The notes beneath the pieces were generated by a model that was not told the DNA's origin, ran no database searches, and saw nothing but the letters and a program-made list of their open reading frames with translations. From Dictyostelium discoideum (Eukaryota), in assembly GCA_000004695.1 (NCBI GenBank), contig CM000153.2, positions 4,608,001 through 4,672,000 of the forward strand: a DNA stretch of 64,000 bases. The letters run 5' to 3'. The translations under genes and the position numbers were made by a program. Below are positions 1-16,033 of this stretch, one piece after another (positions within the stretch are counted from its first letter, which is position 1; each line of letters opens with the position of its first letter).

Positions 1-1511
<1,511 letters not shown>

Positions 1512-1675
1512 AAAATAGTTTTTAACAAAAAATAAAGAAAATGTATGAAATAAGAAAACATACATACATACATACATATATACAAACAATAAAGTTTTAT
1601 TTTTTTAATATAATATAAATATATATATATATATGTGTTTTTTAATTAATTAATTGTTTATTTTTTATTTATTAT

Positions 1676-2629
1676 TTAATTAAAATAATAAATTTGTTCA
1701 AAATCTGGTACAGTTGATTCAGAATATTGTGGAGTATAATTATAAATTAAGGTTGAAGCTTCAACTGATGGATCAGAGAAAGAGTGAAGTGATTTTCTAC
1801 ATTCATTAACGAAAAAGTTTGAAGTGTATTGATTGGCCATGATTGAGTCGAATGAATGATTCATTACTTCTTGATCCCACCATTCGAAAATTGGTTTCTC
1901 TGGATGCCATTGAGTACCATAGATTGGATAGTTCTTTGCCTCGATGGTAGAGATAAAGGTATTACCATCACGATCTACATTGGTTGATAAAACATCAAAG
2001 AAAGTATTGATTGATGATGTTTGTTGATAGGTTTGTGGTGATAAACCAAATTGATGATTATTCATTGTAATTGGTTCGCTTGCTAATGATTGCATAATGC
2101 TTGATGATGCCAATGAGAATAATCTACTACCGGCTGCTAATGATGTGAAGTTTAATGGTACAGTGTAGTTTTCTGAATTGTAGGATGAGAGTAAATTGAA
2201 ATTGTCTGCTGATAATAATGCCAACTCTTGGAATCCCATGCATGTTCCCCATAATGGGAAATAGTCACCATTGTTGTTAAACTCTACTACTTGAGACCAA
2301 ATCGATTGGATGGTGTCAGTGTAAACGGTTTGATTGTTGAAATCTACACCACCACCTGGGAAGAATACACCATTGATTGATCCCATTAATTCTGTTAAAC
2401 TCTTAATATCGATATCGTATAAAATTGGTACAACTCTTGCTCCTGCACTTTCAATATATTTGACATAACTGGCTGCAATATATTGACTTCCAAATGTAGT
2501 CATATCACCATCAGTTGGTTGTGTTAATATACCAATAATTGGTCTATTATTGATTTTAGTTTGTCCATTTACTTTTACAATACCAACCATTAAAATGATT
2601 GAAATTATTACTACAATTAATTTATTCAT
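1676..2629 (-). CDS. Gamma-glutamyl hydrolase (folylpolyglutamate hydrolase, peptidase C26) with an N-terminal signal peptide.
   Basis: A 317-aa ORF with an N-terminal hydrophobic signal ([22 protein letters not shown]). The catalytic Cys motif [10 protein letters not shown] and His motif GTQWHPEKP are typical of GGH, and the GVFFPGGG block is present. Confidence 0.85.
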
Positions 2630-3231
2630 CCTTTTTATTTTTTTTTTTTTTTAATATGGATGATTTATTTAATGAAATAAAAAAAAAATGAAAAAAAAAA
2701 AATGAAATAATACGATAAATTTTTAAAAAATAAAAAAAAAAAAATAAAAAAAAAATTAAAATTAAATTTTTTTTAAAAAAATTAAAAACAATTGTCTTAA
2801 ACCTCGTGGGAAATTTTAAAATAAAATCAAAAAAAAATATCTAAAAACCCCCAGGAATTATTTGAAATAAAAAAAAATGAAATACGGAGTTCATATTATC
2901 ATTCGTGTATTTTTTTCTATTTTATTTTTTAATTAAAATGATTAAATTATTAAAAAAAAGTGTCGAGCTTTAAAATTTAAACTCGGCAAAGATCTTTATT
3001 CTTCAAAAAAATTAATGACCTCATTGTGTGAAATTTTTTTATTTTTTTTTTTTTTTTTTTTTTTTTATTTTTATTTTTTATTTTTTTTTATTTTTTTTTA
3101 TTTTTATTTTTATTTTTGTGTGGTTCACATAAACCATAATATTATAATAATTATTGTTTAATTTTAATATTTATTAATTTTTTTAATTTTTTAATTTTTT
3201 TTTTAATATATTTCTTATTACATAATTAAAA

Positions 3232-5485
3232 ATGAACGGAGATGAATCAAACCTCCATAATAATGATATAATTGATGAAGGTAAATTCAAAATATATAAA
3301 CAAGGAAACAAAACATATTGGTATAAAATTGATATTTATCAAAGTTTATTATCTTGGTATGAAAGTGAGTATAAAAAATTTTTTTTTTTTTTTCCTCCTC
3401 TCTTTAAAATTTTATTATAAATAAATTAATTAATTAATTAATTAATTAATTTTCAATCAAATTACTTACTAATTTTAATTTTAATTTTTTAATTTTTTAA
3501 TTTTTTTATTTTTATTTTTTTTTTTTATTATATAATAGAAAGAGATGACGAATCAGCAACATCATTTTTAATGGTTCATCAAATTACATCAATTGAACCA
3601 TGTACAAGTCCAAATAATGATAGTGATAAATATTTTGTAAAAGTTTTTTTAAATGAAAGGGAAAAAATTTCAAATGATGACAATGAAGAAATTGATGATG
3701 ATAAGATTTTATTTATTTTTAGTTATTCAAAAGAGAGAGATGCATTCATTGAATCATTGAAAAAATGTAAACAATTTAAAATTGAAATTAATAGTAAGAA
3801 TGTTACAAATATTAAACCAGCTTCACCAAAGGGTAAATCGTCATCATCACCATCATTATCAGCATCACTTTCACAAAAAAAGCCATCAACCGGTAGTGGT
3901 TTCATTGGTACCAATAGAAAATCTTTAACAAAACCCCAATCTTTCTCTCAAGTTAAAGCACCTTCAAGACCTGGTAGTCAAACTTTTTTAATGGGTTCAT
4001 TTAGACAAGTTGAAAATAATAATAATAATAATAATGATGATGATAATGATAATGATGAAATTGATGATCAACAAGAAGAAGAAGAAGAAATAGAGCAAGA
4101 AGAAGAGCAATTAGAAAAAGAAAATGAAAAAGAAAAAGAACAACAAGAAATTATTGAAAAACAAAAAGAAATTGAAAAACAAAAAGAAATTGAAAAAGAA
4201 AAAGTAAAACAAAAAGAACAAGAAAAAAAAAATGAAAAGGAAAGACAAGAAAAAGAAAAACTAGAAAAAATAAAAGAGAAAGAAAGAGAAAGAGAAAAAG
4301 AAAGAGATAAAGAAAGAGAGTTAGAAAAAGAAAGAGAAAGATTAAAAGAAAAAGAAAGAGAGAAATTAAAAGAAAAAGAAAAAGAGAAACAAAAACAAAA
4401 AGAAAACGAAAAGCAAAAAGAAAATGAAAAACAAAAAGAACAGGAAAAACAAAAAGAAATCGAGAAGCAAAAAGAACAAGAAAAACAAAAAGAACTTGAA
4501 AAGCAAAAAGAAAACGAAAAACAAAAAGAAATTGAAAAACAAAAAGAGCAAGAAAATGAAGATTCAATGAATATAATTCAAGACGAAATTAATGGAAAGA
4601 AAGAAGACGAACAACAACAACAGCAACAACAGCAACAGCAACAGCAACAACAAAAACAATCATTACCAATTAAACAAGTTAAATTTGAAACAATTGAGCA
4701 AGTTGAAAGTTTAAAAAATAGTTTACAAATTAGTTTTGATTCAAGCGAACAACCACAAACTAAATCAGAAACAACTGAAGGAGGAGAAACTACAACAACT
4801 TCAACAACCTCAACAACAAATTCTACAATTCAAAGTTTAAAAGTTGTAAATTATAGATCAACAGGTCGTTCAGAGGATGATGATAATAATATACCAGTTG
4901 AAAGTAAGAGTGCTATTACATTTAGAAAATCACCATCATTAAATTCAAGTGGTGGAGGTGGAAATAAAAGAGTTTTTAATAGTAAAGTTAATGGTAGTAT
5001 TAATAGTAGTGATGATGGTAATTCAAATCTATTTGGATATGGTGGCAGTTTAAATGGTAGTAATAATTCATTAACAACAACAACAACAACTACAACTTCA
5101 TCATCAACATCAACACCATCCTTAAATAATTATCCAAATAATATTAGATTATCAGGATCAGGTACAAAATTACCAATTGGTCAACAAGGTTTAAGCCAAG
5201 ATTCAAATGGTTATTATATTATTGGTAATAATACAAATCAATTAAGATCAATCATTGGTAGATCAGTTGCTGGTGATTCATCCTTTACTGGTATTATAGC
5301 TGGTAAATTTAAAATCGATTGGAGACCTACCCAACAAATTTGGCTTGTAAATTTAGAGAGTGGTGGTGGTAATAGTGGTAGTAATAATAGTAGTCCATTA
5401 TTATCTCATAGTAATAATAGTATTGATAGTTATGGTAGTGGTAATAGTAATAACAGTAATAACAATAACAATAATAATAATAGTA

Positions 5486-5579
<94 letters not shown>

Positions 5580-5869
5580 CAACAGTAACAATGAAATTGA
5601 AATTGGACCAGCGACACCATCAAAAGAAGAATTACTATTTAGATTGGAGAGAAAGAGAGAGAAAGCATTAGAAGAGAATGATACAATTTTAGCTAACTTA
5701 TTAAAACAAAGACAAATTGAATTGGAACAGTCACAAGAAGAAACTTTCATATTCAAAGGTGGTATTGTTTTAGCACATAGAAATGAAAAATGGGAATTAT
5801 TAGAAGCGCCAATACCAAAGAATTCTTCAAAAACACCTTATCATCAAGATAATAGACCAAATAATAATA

Positions 5870-5956
<87 letters not shown>

Positions 5957-7491
5957 TTCAACAATCACCATCAATTTCATCAATTAATATATCACAACAA
6001 CAATCACAAACATCACCTGTAATAATACCTCAATCAATGACATCATCTATTTTCGATGGTTTAACAAAAGTTTTTAATACTGTCAGTTCTGTAGTTGAAC
6101 CAAAATTAGACCAATTATTGGATTCATCTTTATTGGGTGGTAGTGGTGGTAATGGTAATAACAACAATAAACAACATGAACAATTACAAAAAGAGAAACA
6201 ACAAGAAAAACAAATTTTAACAAGTTTAGAAAAGATTGAACAACAACAGCAACAAATTAATAAGATACCAATTGAAGAATTAAAATTATCAAATAATCAA
6301 ATTCAAGAGATTTATATTAAACCTTTAAAGAAGTCAATATTTGATATTGCAAATTATTTCGGTCAAAATAGTAATCATACAAAATTGGAACAATATTCAT
6401 TGGGCGATGATGCTATCAATAAAAAGATTGCAATTTTAGTACGTGGTAGATTAGCAACTGCTATCGCAAATTTAGTATCACATGGTTTCATAGTTTCACC
6501 AACTAATATGGTTGGATCAATATTTAGAAATGTAATCAATGGTGCTACTGGTAGTGGTGGTGGTGGTAGTGGTGGTGGTAATAGTCTATCAAGCAGTTTA
6601 GGTAATATAGTTACAGGTAAACGTCATCTTTGGGAATTCATTGAAAATTATAAAAAAACAACACAACATGGTACAATCGCAGGTATAAGTTTGATTCAAA
6701 CCATTAATACAATCAATTCATTTGAAAATATTTCATCCGCTTGGAAAGATCCAAATATTAAATTTAGAACTTTAATTTGTGTTGGTTTAAATCAACATGT
6801 CCTTGATCAATGGTTTGCTTTACTTCAAACTGATACAAATGGTATCTCTCATTATTTCCATCCAAATGCTATCATTAATTCATTGGATCATTGGAGATTG
6901 TTTTGTCAATGTTTTGCTCCAATCTTAAATTTACCATTTAAATTATCTTTAGATTATGAATGTAAATTTATAAATTCTCCAATAATTAATAATGGTATTG
7001 CAAGAAATTCAAATTCTCCATCAATTAATTCTTCAGCATATGGAATAACAACAACACCAACAACAACAACAATAACAAATTCTTCACCATTTTTGTCATC
7101 AATTCCAACACCAAATGTTGGAAATATTAAAAGTCAATTGGCAAGTTTTTCAAATACATTAATAGATGGTACTTCAACTTTATTCACAGAGTTGTCTGAA
7201 AACACTAATAGTTTAACTCAATCAATTCATTCAAAATACTCAAATTTAACAAATTCAATGTTCCAATCTTCAAATGAAAATAATGATACCAGCATCAATA
7301 ATAACAGTAATAATGATAATAATAACGATAATTTATCATCAAGAAAAAGAGTAACTTTCTCTGAGGATGGTGAGATTCAACATGGCCATCAACAACAACA
7401 ACAACAACAAAATGGTAATATGCTTGAAAAAATCCAATCATCAATTAAACCACTTTCTCAAAAGATTGGTGAATATTTTGATGGCTATTAA
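3232..7491 (+). CDS. Two-exon gene (exon 1 3232-3364, intron 3365-3538, exon 2 3539-7491; about 1361 aa). It has an N-terminal PH-like domain split by the intron, a long KEKE/charged coiled-coil region, poly-Q/N/T tracts and a C-terminal RUN-like domain.
   Basis: Exon 1 (MNGDESNLHNNDIIDEGKFKIYKQGNKTYWYKIDIYQSLLSWYE) ends at a GTGAGT donor. An AT-rich 174-nt intron ends in ATAG. Splicing is in-frame (phase 1, codon aaa) into ...KRDDESATSFLMVHQ..., which continues a PH-like fold (FIFSYSKERDAFIESLKK). The C-terminal block KKIAILVRGRLATAIANLVSHGF...WFALLQ...HWRLFCQCF resembles a RUN domain, but that assignment is tentative. Confidence 0.6.
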
Positions 7492-7802
7492 GTAATAGAA
7501 AAATAATAAATTGTTACTTTTTTTTTTTTAAAATAAATATTTTTAATTTTGGTATCAAGCCAAAAACCATTCTATTTTTTTTTTTTGGGTGTTTACTTTC
7601 AACAAAAATATCTTGTTAATACTAATATTTTATTTATTTATAGTTATGTTTAAAACAAAACTACAATTTAAAATAATTATTAAATAATTAATAAGTATTA
7701 AATTGTTTAATTAATAGTTTATTTATTTAAATACTACTTTATTAATAACTTTATTAATTTTATTAAATTTTTTAAACTCATAAAAATAATTTTATTAAAC
7801 AC

Positions 7803-7925
<123 letters not shown>

Positions 7926-8197
7926 GTCCTTGACACAAACATTTTTTAATTTATATATTTTATTTAATTCACATAAACTTTTTTTTTTGTTTTTATGAAA
8001 TTTTTATTTATTATTTTCAAATTATCCGTTCATTTCATTTGATTTCATTTGATTTCATTTGATTTGATGAAATGAACAGATAACTTTAAAAAAATATTTT
8101 ATTTGAAAACACCATTATTATTCTTATATTCTTTATTAAATTCTCCAAGAAAAAAAAAAAAAAAAAAAAAAAATTAAATATGGTAAAATTAAAAAAT

Positions 8198-11100
8198 TTA
8201 TTTTTTAATTTTTAAAATTTGTTCTTTAATAATTAAATAAAGTTGAGATAATTGATCAGGATCTGTGATATGAATACAATGTTGAGATCTATAATCTACA
8301 GATTTAATTCTTTGAAGATGTTCAAAGTGTAATAGTAAACCGTCTGGAGTGATTTCACAAGATTTAATATTCTCAAAAGTTGAAGACCATCTGAATGAGT
8401 AGCTATTCTTTATTTGTTTAACAAGGAGAATACGAAGATTTGTTATTAAAGTGATATAATTCTTTACGCCACCATTATTGAAATGAATGATATAGGTATC
8501 GGAATTTTTGAATCTACCCTTGAAAGTTGTTTCCAAAATGTAGTGACCCTCTGATTGTTCGAAATTATATTCAACCAAAAGATTATCGGTACCAAAACAA
8601 CGTGGTGGTCTCATTCTAGTTGTGTCTTTAAAGAGATTAGTTGTATTTCTTATTCCTTCGGTGGTCATTGTAACCAAATCGAATACACCGACTACGGGTT
8701 TGACAGCAACACCAACCACACCCTGCGCCATACCTTTGGCGAAACCTTCAATACTACCTTTGATAGCACCTTCGATTGGTTTGGTTACAACGCCAGTGAC
8801 ACCATCGATTACACCTTTACCAAGACTTTTGAAACCATAGACCACACCTTCACCTAAATGTTTTGCTTTCTTTTGACGTGATCTTTGACGATTTCTAAGG
8901 TATTGATCATCGAATGATAATATTGCAACACCTTTACCAACGGTGTTTGATAGTTTCGATAGAGTATTAAATAAACCATAAACTGAATTTTTCACTAAAC
9001 TAATACTACCTTTTGCTAAACCTTTGCCAAAATCTTTTGGAGAAGTTATTAAACCTAATGCAGGTTCATAAAAGAAATCTTTTACACCAGTACCAATATG
9101 ATTGAATAAACCAACTGGGTTACCAATATTATCTGATGAACCTATCACCTTGTATAATTGATTCAATGATTGCATAGTATAATGTGATTTAATTCTACTT
9201 GCAAATAAACGTTCCGATAAGAATGGATGCTCCAATATCAATGCATTCAAACATAATGGTGTTCTATCTAAACCAAATGAAACACCAACAACTTCTAATA
9301 AAATACCAACGAAATCTGAATTTGAATGACCAACAAATCCATCTCTAACAAATGAAAATGATAATATAACTTTAATTGGATTTAATAATAATAATTTAAT
9401 ATAAATCATTGATTTCTTTTTCTTTTTCTTTGTTAAATTATTATTATTATTATTATTATTTGATGAAATTGCTGAATTTGAAGTTGGTAATAATAATGGA
9501 TCACTTGAAATTGGTTCAATATCATTTAAAAGTTGAATTTTTGATTTTTCATCATTTAATATAAATGGTGAATTAATTGGATTATTTTGAATTTCATTAT
9601 TTTGTTGTTGTGGTTGTTGTTGTTGTGGATTTTGTTGTAATTGTTGATTTTTTTTATGTTTTTTAAAGTTTTTATCTAATTGTTTAATTTTTGTAATTGT
9701 TTCAATGATTGATGCTAAAATACTATCATCCAACATTAAATTAACCTCTTGAATTAATAATGATAAAAGTTCAAAATATTTTAAACCTTTCTTTTCTTCA
9801 TTTTTAATAAAACTAAAATGTAAGAATGGTTTTGGATCTTGTTCTTCATTGTTACTATTATTTGTATGATAAAAGAGGACAGGATAATCAGTATTCATCA
9901 ATTGATTATCAATTTGCATATTGGTTACAATCAATTCAAATCTTGAGAAAATGTTTGATAATGAGAATGATAATGATATATCATTCAATGATAGATAAAT
10001 CAATTCTTTACTATTATGGTCAATTAAGGATACACCAATTCTTGGTAATGATAATTGTAAATCCAATTTACAATTTTCAACAGTTTGTGATAACTCTGAT
10101 GATGAATCATCCTTTGGTTGATCATAAGATAATACCAATACACGTGTTGGTCCATCAACTTTCATAAATGAATAAATTGTATTGGTACCTATTTTAATTG
10201 GTTTAAAATTTTTAATTTTCATAATATTACAATCTAATATTACACTTGATGAAGAGTATGATGATTCAAATGTTGAATGATTTTCAATATATTGATTATT
10301 ATTATTATTATTATCATTATTTATATCATTAGTTGAATTTGTTGTTGTTGTGGTTGTGGTGGTTGTTGTTGAAGAAATTTCAAGACGTAAAATTTTTGTA
10401 CCTAGTAATTCATCCCAAATATAATCAATTGATTGATATGGTGGTAAAATATCAATGATTGAAGTACCAATTTGATAGAATTTAATTGAACGTGGAATTT
10501 GATTTTCAATTCTAAATGGTGAATATTCTGTATCTTGATCATAGAAATGAATACTTGTATGAGTATCATTATCTTTAATATCGACTCTACCAAGATATGG
10601 TTTTGGAACTTCCATTAGGTTTAAGGATCTTTGTTTCACAGTTAACTCTGCTAAATCGTCAATTGTAAAACTACCACTCCAATCATAGTAATCATCATCA
10701 AATTTAATTTGAATTAATTTTTCACCATGTCTATTTGGCCAATGGAATGGTTTTGATTCACCTGGTTCAATTGATTCAATTCTATAGGATTGTCCAATTT
10801 GTCTATATAACATTCTTCTTGAACTTTTATTTATGAAAATATATTGGAAATTAATTGTTACCATCTTTGTACGTTGTAATTTATTTTTACCCATACTAAT
10901 TGATGCTCTAAAATTATATTCTCTATTATCACTATTTGATTTTAATTTACTTAAATTTATTGATGATGATGATGATGGTGGTGATAATGAGTTACTAGTA
11001 TTGTTATTACTATTTCCATTATTTATATTATCATTACTACTATTATTAAAAGTAGATGAATAAAATGGGTCTTGATGATGATTTGTAGAATTATTTGAAT

Positions 11101-14100
11101 TCGTATTTGAAAAACAATGAATTATACCATCAGTACCAACAGTTTCTAAAGAGAAAACATTTGACCAATCAGAATTTGGTACTTTAATATAGAGTAAGTC
11201 ACTACTATATAGAATCATTGTATCAATGGTACAATGATTATGTCTATGTTGTTGTTGTTGTTTTTTACTCTTTCTACCTTGTTCAATTTTTAAGGAATTC
11301 TTTGATTTTGCAATCATTTGTGGTATTTTAGATTCCTTATCAGCGAATAACATTGGAATGAAATTTGGTTTCTCAAAAATCATTGGTAAACCAGTTTTAT
11401 TAATGATCCAGTAGACAGAGTATAATGCTAATTTTCTTACACCTTCGACTTGATCTTCACGATTTGATATCATAATATTCAATGGTTTCAAAATTTTATT
11501 TGGATCTTCTAATTTAATTTTACTCTTTATAATTGGTTTGTTGCCATTGGAACCATTGTTTCTATCACAATCAACAATTAGATGTTTTTGATCAACGAAT
11601 CCTGGTATACCAGAGATCTTTACATAGAGTGAACTTCTTGGATCTTGTGTATAGAATGGCACTGATTGACATGATTCCAATGTACTAGATTCTAATGGTA
11701 TATCACCTTCATATAATGTTAATTCAATCTTGCATGGTAATAAATTTTCAATTACTAATGGTGATAAAATTTTAATAATATTTTGTGAATAAATATTATT
11801 AAATGAACTCATTGTTGAATTAATTGTTGTTCTTTTTGTTGTAGTAGAAGTTGTTGTTGTTGCTGGTGGTGGTGATGATGATGATGATGTTTGAGGTGAA
11901 GTTGGTAGTTTTGAAATTGTTGATCTTAATAATTTTGATTTATCATTTCTTAAATTAATTTCATTTGGTAATAAATTTGCTAAAGTTTGTTCTGTATTAA
12001 TTTCATCATTTACACTACTATTATCAGTTGAATTTATAACACATTTTTCATAATTACTATTTAATAAGATTAATTTAACATTATTATAAGTTGGTGGTGT
12101 TATATTATTATTATTACCATTACTATTATTATTATTTTTCATATGAATTTGAGGTGATTTTGGTATAATTTTTGGACAAGTTAAAATTTTATAAAGTGAA
12201 TGAATATCATTATCATCTAATGCAATTAAATCATTAAATGGATTTGAATGTTTAAATTCTTCACCAGAATCACCAATTGGCAAAATCGATAAATATTTAC
12301 CACTATTGATATATTGAAGTGGTACTGGTAATTCTTCATTTGGGAATAGAATCTTTTTAATTTCTTTTGGAGTATTATTGTTATTTGACGATAAACTACC
12401 ACCATTACTTGTATTAATTTGATTATTTATAAGTTTAACTTCTAAATTCATTGTTGTAGTATTCTTTAAAAGTACATTTGATCTAACTGTAATAACTTTA
12501 CTACCATCTTCATTCCAACCAACTTCAAATATTAATTTTTTACCACCAACTTGAATTAATCTATATCCAACTCTACCAATTGGTATTGGATTTGATGAAG
12601 ATGATGATGGTGAGGAAGAAGAAGATGGTGATGGTGATGATGAATTATAACCACTACTATTACTATTAACTACACTATTATTAACGAAATTTTTAACATT
12701 CTTATTATGATTTGATAATTTAATAGTAATATGAGGTCCTTGATCTAATGATTCATCTTTAAATCCACGGAAATCACGAGTTTTCTTTGCTGTTAATAAT
12801 GATTTTGAATTTTCAATTGAAATTGGTTGTTTTTGTTCATTCTCTAAAAAGAAGCTAGCATGGGTATATTGAGATGATGACGATGACGATGATGATGGTT
12901 GTGAAGATAATGTTGGTGATGTTGATGTAGAGGTTGATTTCTTTTTACCTTTTTGTTCTCCTGATAAAACTCTAACAGTATATTCTAAATTTACACCAGT
13001 TTTATTAATAATCCAATATGGGTGGAAAGAAGATGTTAATTTTCTAATTGAAATAGTTTGTAATAATGGTGAACTTCTGACAGTTGCTGGCAATGGTTGA
13101 ATTATTGGTCTTAATAATGTTGAGTTATTAAAAAGTTGTTGTTGTTGTTGTTGTTGTTTTAATTGTTGTTGTGATAATAATGGAGATGTATTAAAACCTA
13201 ATCTATTACTTGTTAAATTTGGTGATGTAACTAATGTTGAAACTGAACCTAATGGATTTTGACTTAAACTACCTGATCTAATTCTATTTGTACTTGAAAT
13301 TGGTAAAATAATATCAGGTGATAATCCACCGCCATTATTATTATTACTATTATTATAACCACTACCATTTGGATTATTACTAGTACTAACAGCTAAATTT
13401 AAAGAATCAATAGTTGATGATCTTATTAATGGACTACTACTATTTGATTTTTTAAATCCACCACTACCACCACCACCAACTAAATTTGTTGATATAGTTG
13501 GTGGTGAGAAAACTCTTGTTGGTTGTTGAGTTGATGACAGGGATGGTGATGATGATAATTGAAAAGTTGAGAATTCAGGTTTAGTTTTAAATAAACCCAT
13601 TATAATTGGTAAAGTTGTAGATAAATCATATTGAATACTATGATAAGTTGATAAAAGTGAATGAGCGAAACCATAACTTGCATTAATATTCAAGAATTGA
13701 TTTGAAGATAATTGAATTGAAGTTGCAGGTTTATTTGGACTATTTTGATTATTTAATTTTATCATTTGTAATTGTATATCCCAATTTTCAATCAATGGTT
13801 CAAATGCCATCTTATTGATATTGAAATAGTCCATTACAATCTTTGAATCCACGGTAACTTTAATCTCATCACCAATCGTACCTTGAATTAATAAATCCAA
13901 TCTATAGAAACTTAAATCAATCAATGGTAAATTTTGATCCATATAATCATTAACCAATGTTAATCCAAATTGTGGTGAATTAAATTTAACTGTTAAAACA
14001 TTATTTATCATTTTTTCATTTTTTAATTTCTTTTGAGTTAAAGTAGTTGTAGTTGTCGTTGATTTCTTTGAAGATTTTGATAATTTTGGAAATTCTTTTT

Positions 14101-15179
14101 TTAATTGGCCAATGATTAAAGCAATTAATAAAATATCATGATAGGAAAGGAATAAATTAAATTGATCAATATTTGCGTTTACATCAATTAAAAGATTTGA
14201 TTTTTCAATTGATGGACAAGTTGATTTAATCAATAATAAATTACAACCAAAATCAAATGTAACTGGATCAATTAAAGAGGCAGCACGTGAACTTGAAACA
14301 TTTGCAATTGAATGTCTAAATGAAAACATTTGAAAGTTTTTAATCGATCCACCAATAATTCTACTTGAGCCATTCATTGTTTCATCAAATGATGCATCAA
14401 TTGACATTTTAACAATTACTAAATTACTAACTTCTGAATTTGGATTCTCTACTAATAATATCTTCAATTTTTTAATATTTGTTTTTAAACTTATAATTTT
14501 CTTTTTCTTTGTTGATATACTATCTTTTTCTTCTTCCTCCTGGTTATTATTATTATTACTATTTGTATTATTATAATTATTATTGTTATTATTATTATTA
14601 TTATTTGTTTTACTAAATAATTGTTTAATTTCTAATTTAACTTTTGAATAAGGTTCTAAAAAGAAACCAACCATCATGAAAACTATAGTTGGTGAAATGT
14701 GAAGACGTGGTTTTTCAATTTTAACATCTAATGTTAATTTGTTTAATTGTTTATCGATATCAATAGAAGCTGTTATTAATGGTTCTTCTTGGTTGCTGCT
14801 GTTATTAAAACTACCACTAATGTTAATATTTGTTAAAGAATCTTTTAGTGGACCTTGGAATGTTGTAATATTTTTACTACAAAATAAATCAATAAACTTT
14901 GAACCACTATCAACTCTTGAATCTGATAATCTAATTGATCTAAGGAAACATTTAATTGATGTTGATTTATTACCAATGGAAATTATATTTGCACCTAAAT
15001 CATTTATTTGTAAAGTTGCTAATTGATCTCTAACTTTATCCATACCATGATTTAATAACATTAAAAATCTTAATTCTGATAATTGTACTGTTATTTCTGT
15101 TTTTATATCAATTTCTTTACCATTTTCATCAATTAAAATTTGTTTTTTCTTTTTCTTTGAACTATTATTAATAATATTT

Positions 15180-15255
<76 letters not shown>

Positions 15256-15976
15256 AATTCTTTTTTAATAATAAAATTGGTTCTAAAGAATTTTTATAAC
15301 AATTCATATAATTAATTAAAATATTTAATAATAATTGATAACCTTGGTGACTAATATTAAAACTAACAGATTTACAATGAATATTAACTTTTTGAATTGG
15401 TAATGGAGCATTATTATTATTATAATGATTAGATGTTGAACAAATCTTTGAATATGATTGAAAATCATCTACTATATCAATATTAACAACCAAACTAACA
15501 TCTTCTAATAGATGACATTTATTTCTATATGAATCATCACCACAACCATCTGGTAGATTTTGGTTAAACTCTTCGAAACTACTACCAACATAACTCGATG
15601 ATTGAAATATTTCAACGAATAGATTTGATAATTGAATTTCCATACTTTCATAATTTAAATCTATACCTTTAATAGTTTTAAAGTAAAATAAATTCTCAAT
15701 ATGAATTTTACCTAAATCAATTAAAATCGCATCATCCTCATTTAACATTAAAACGATTTGTGGACTTTCAACATTTATAACTAATTTAACTTTAATTGAT
15801 TTCTTTTCTTGTTGCTGTTCTTTTTTTGATGATTTGGATGATGATGATTTGGATGATGATGATTTGGATGTAGGTGATTTATTACTATTATCATTAATTA
15901 ATGGCATTACAATTGAATTTTGTTTTTTCAATCGTCTATTACTTCCAATTGAGATAGTTGGTATTTTTGCTGTCGA

Positions 15977-16033
<57 letters not shown>

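Noticed and set aside
4151-5983. ORFs 4151-4567(-), 4366-4551(-), 5327-5623(-), 5360-5671(+), 5430-5756(-) and 5753-5983(-) with poly-F/L/Y/I runs
   Set aside because: They are antisense or off-frame readings of the KEKE (gaaaaag)n and (AAT)n tracts inside the 1306-aa ORF.
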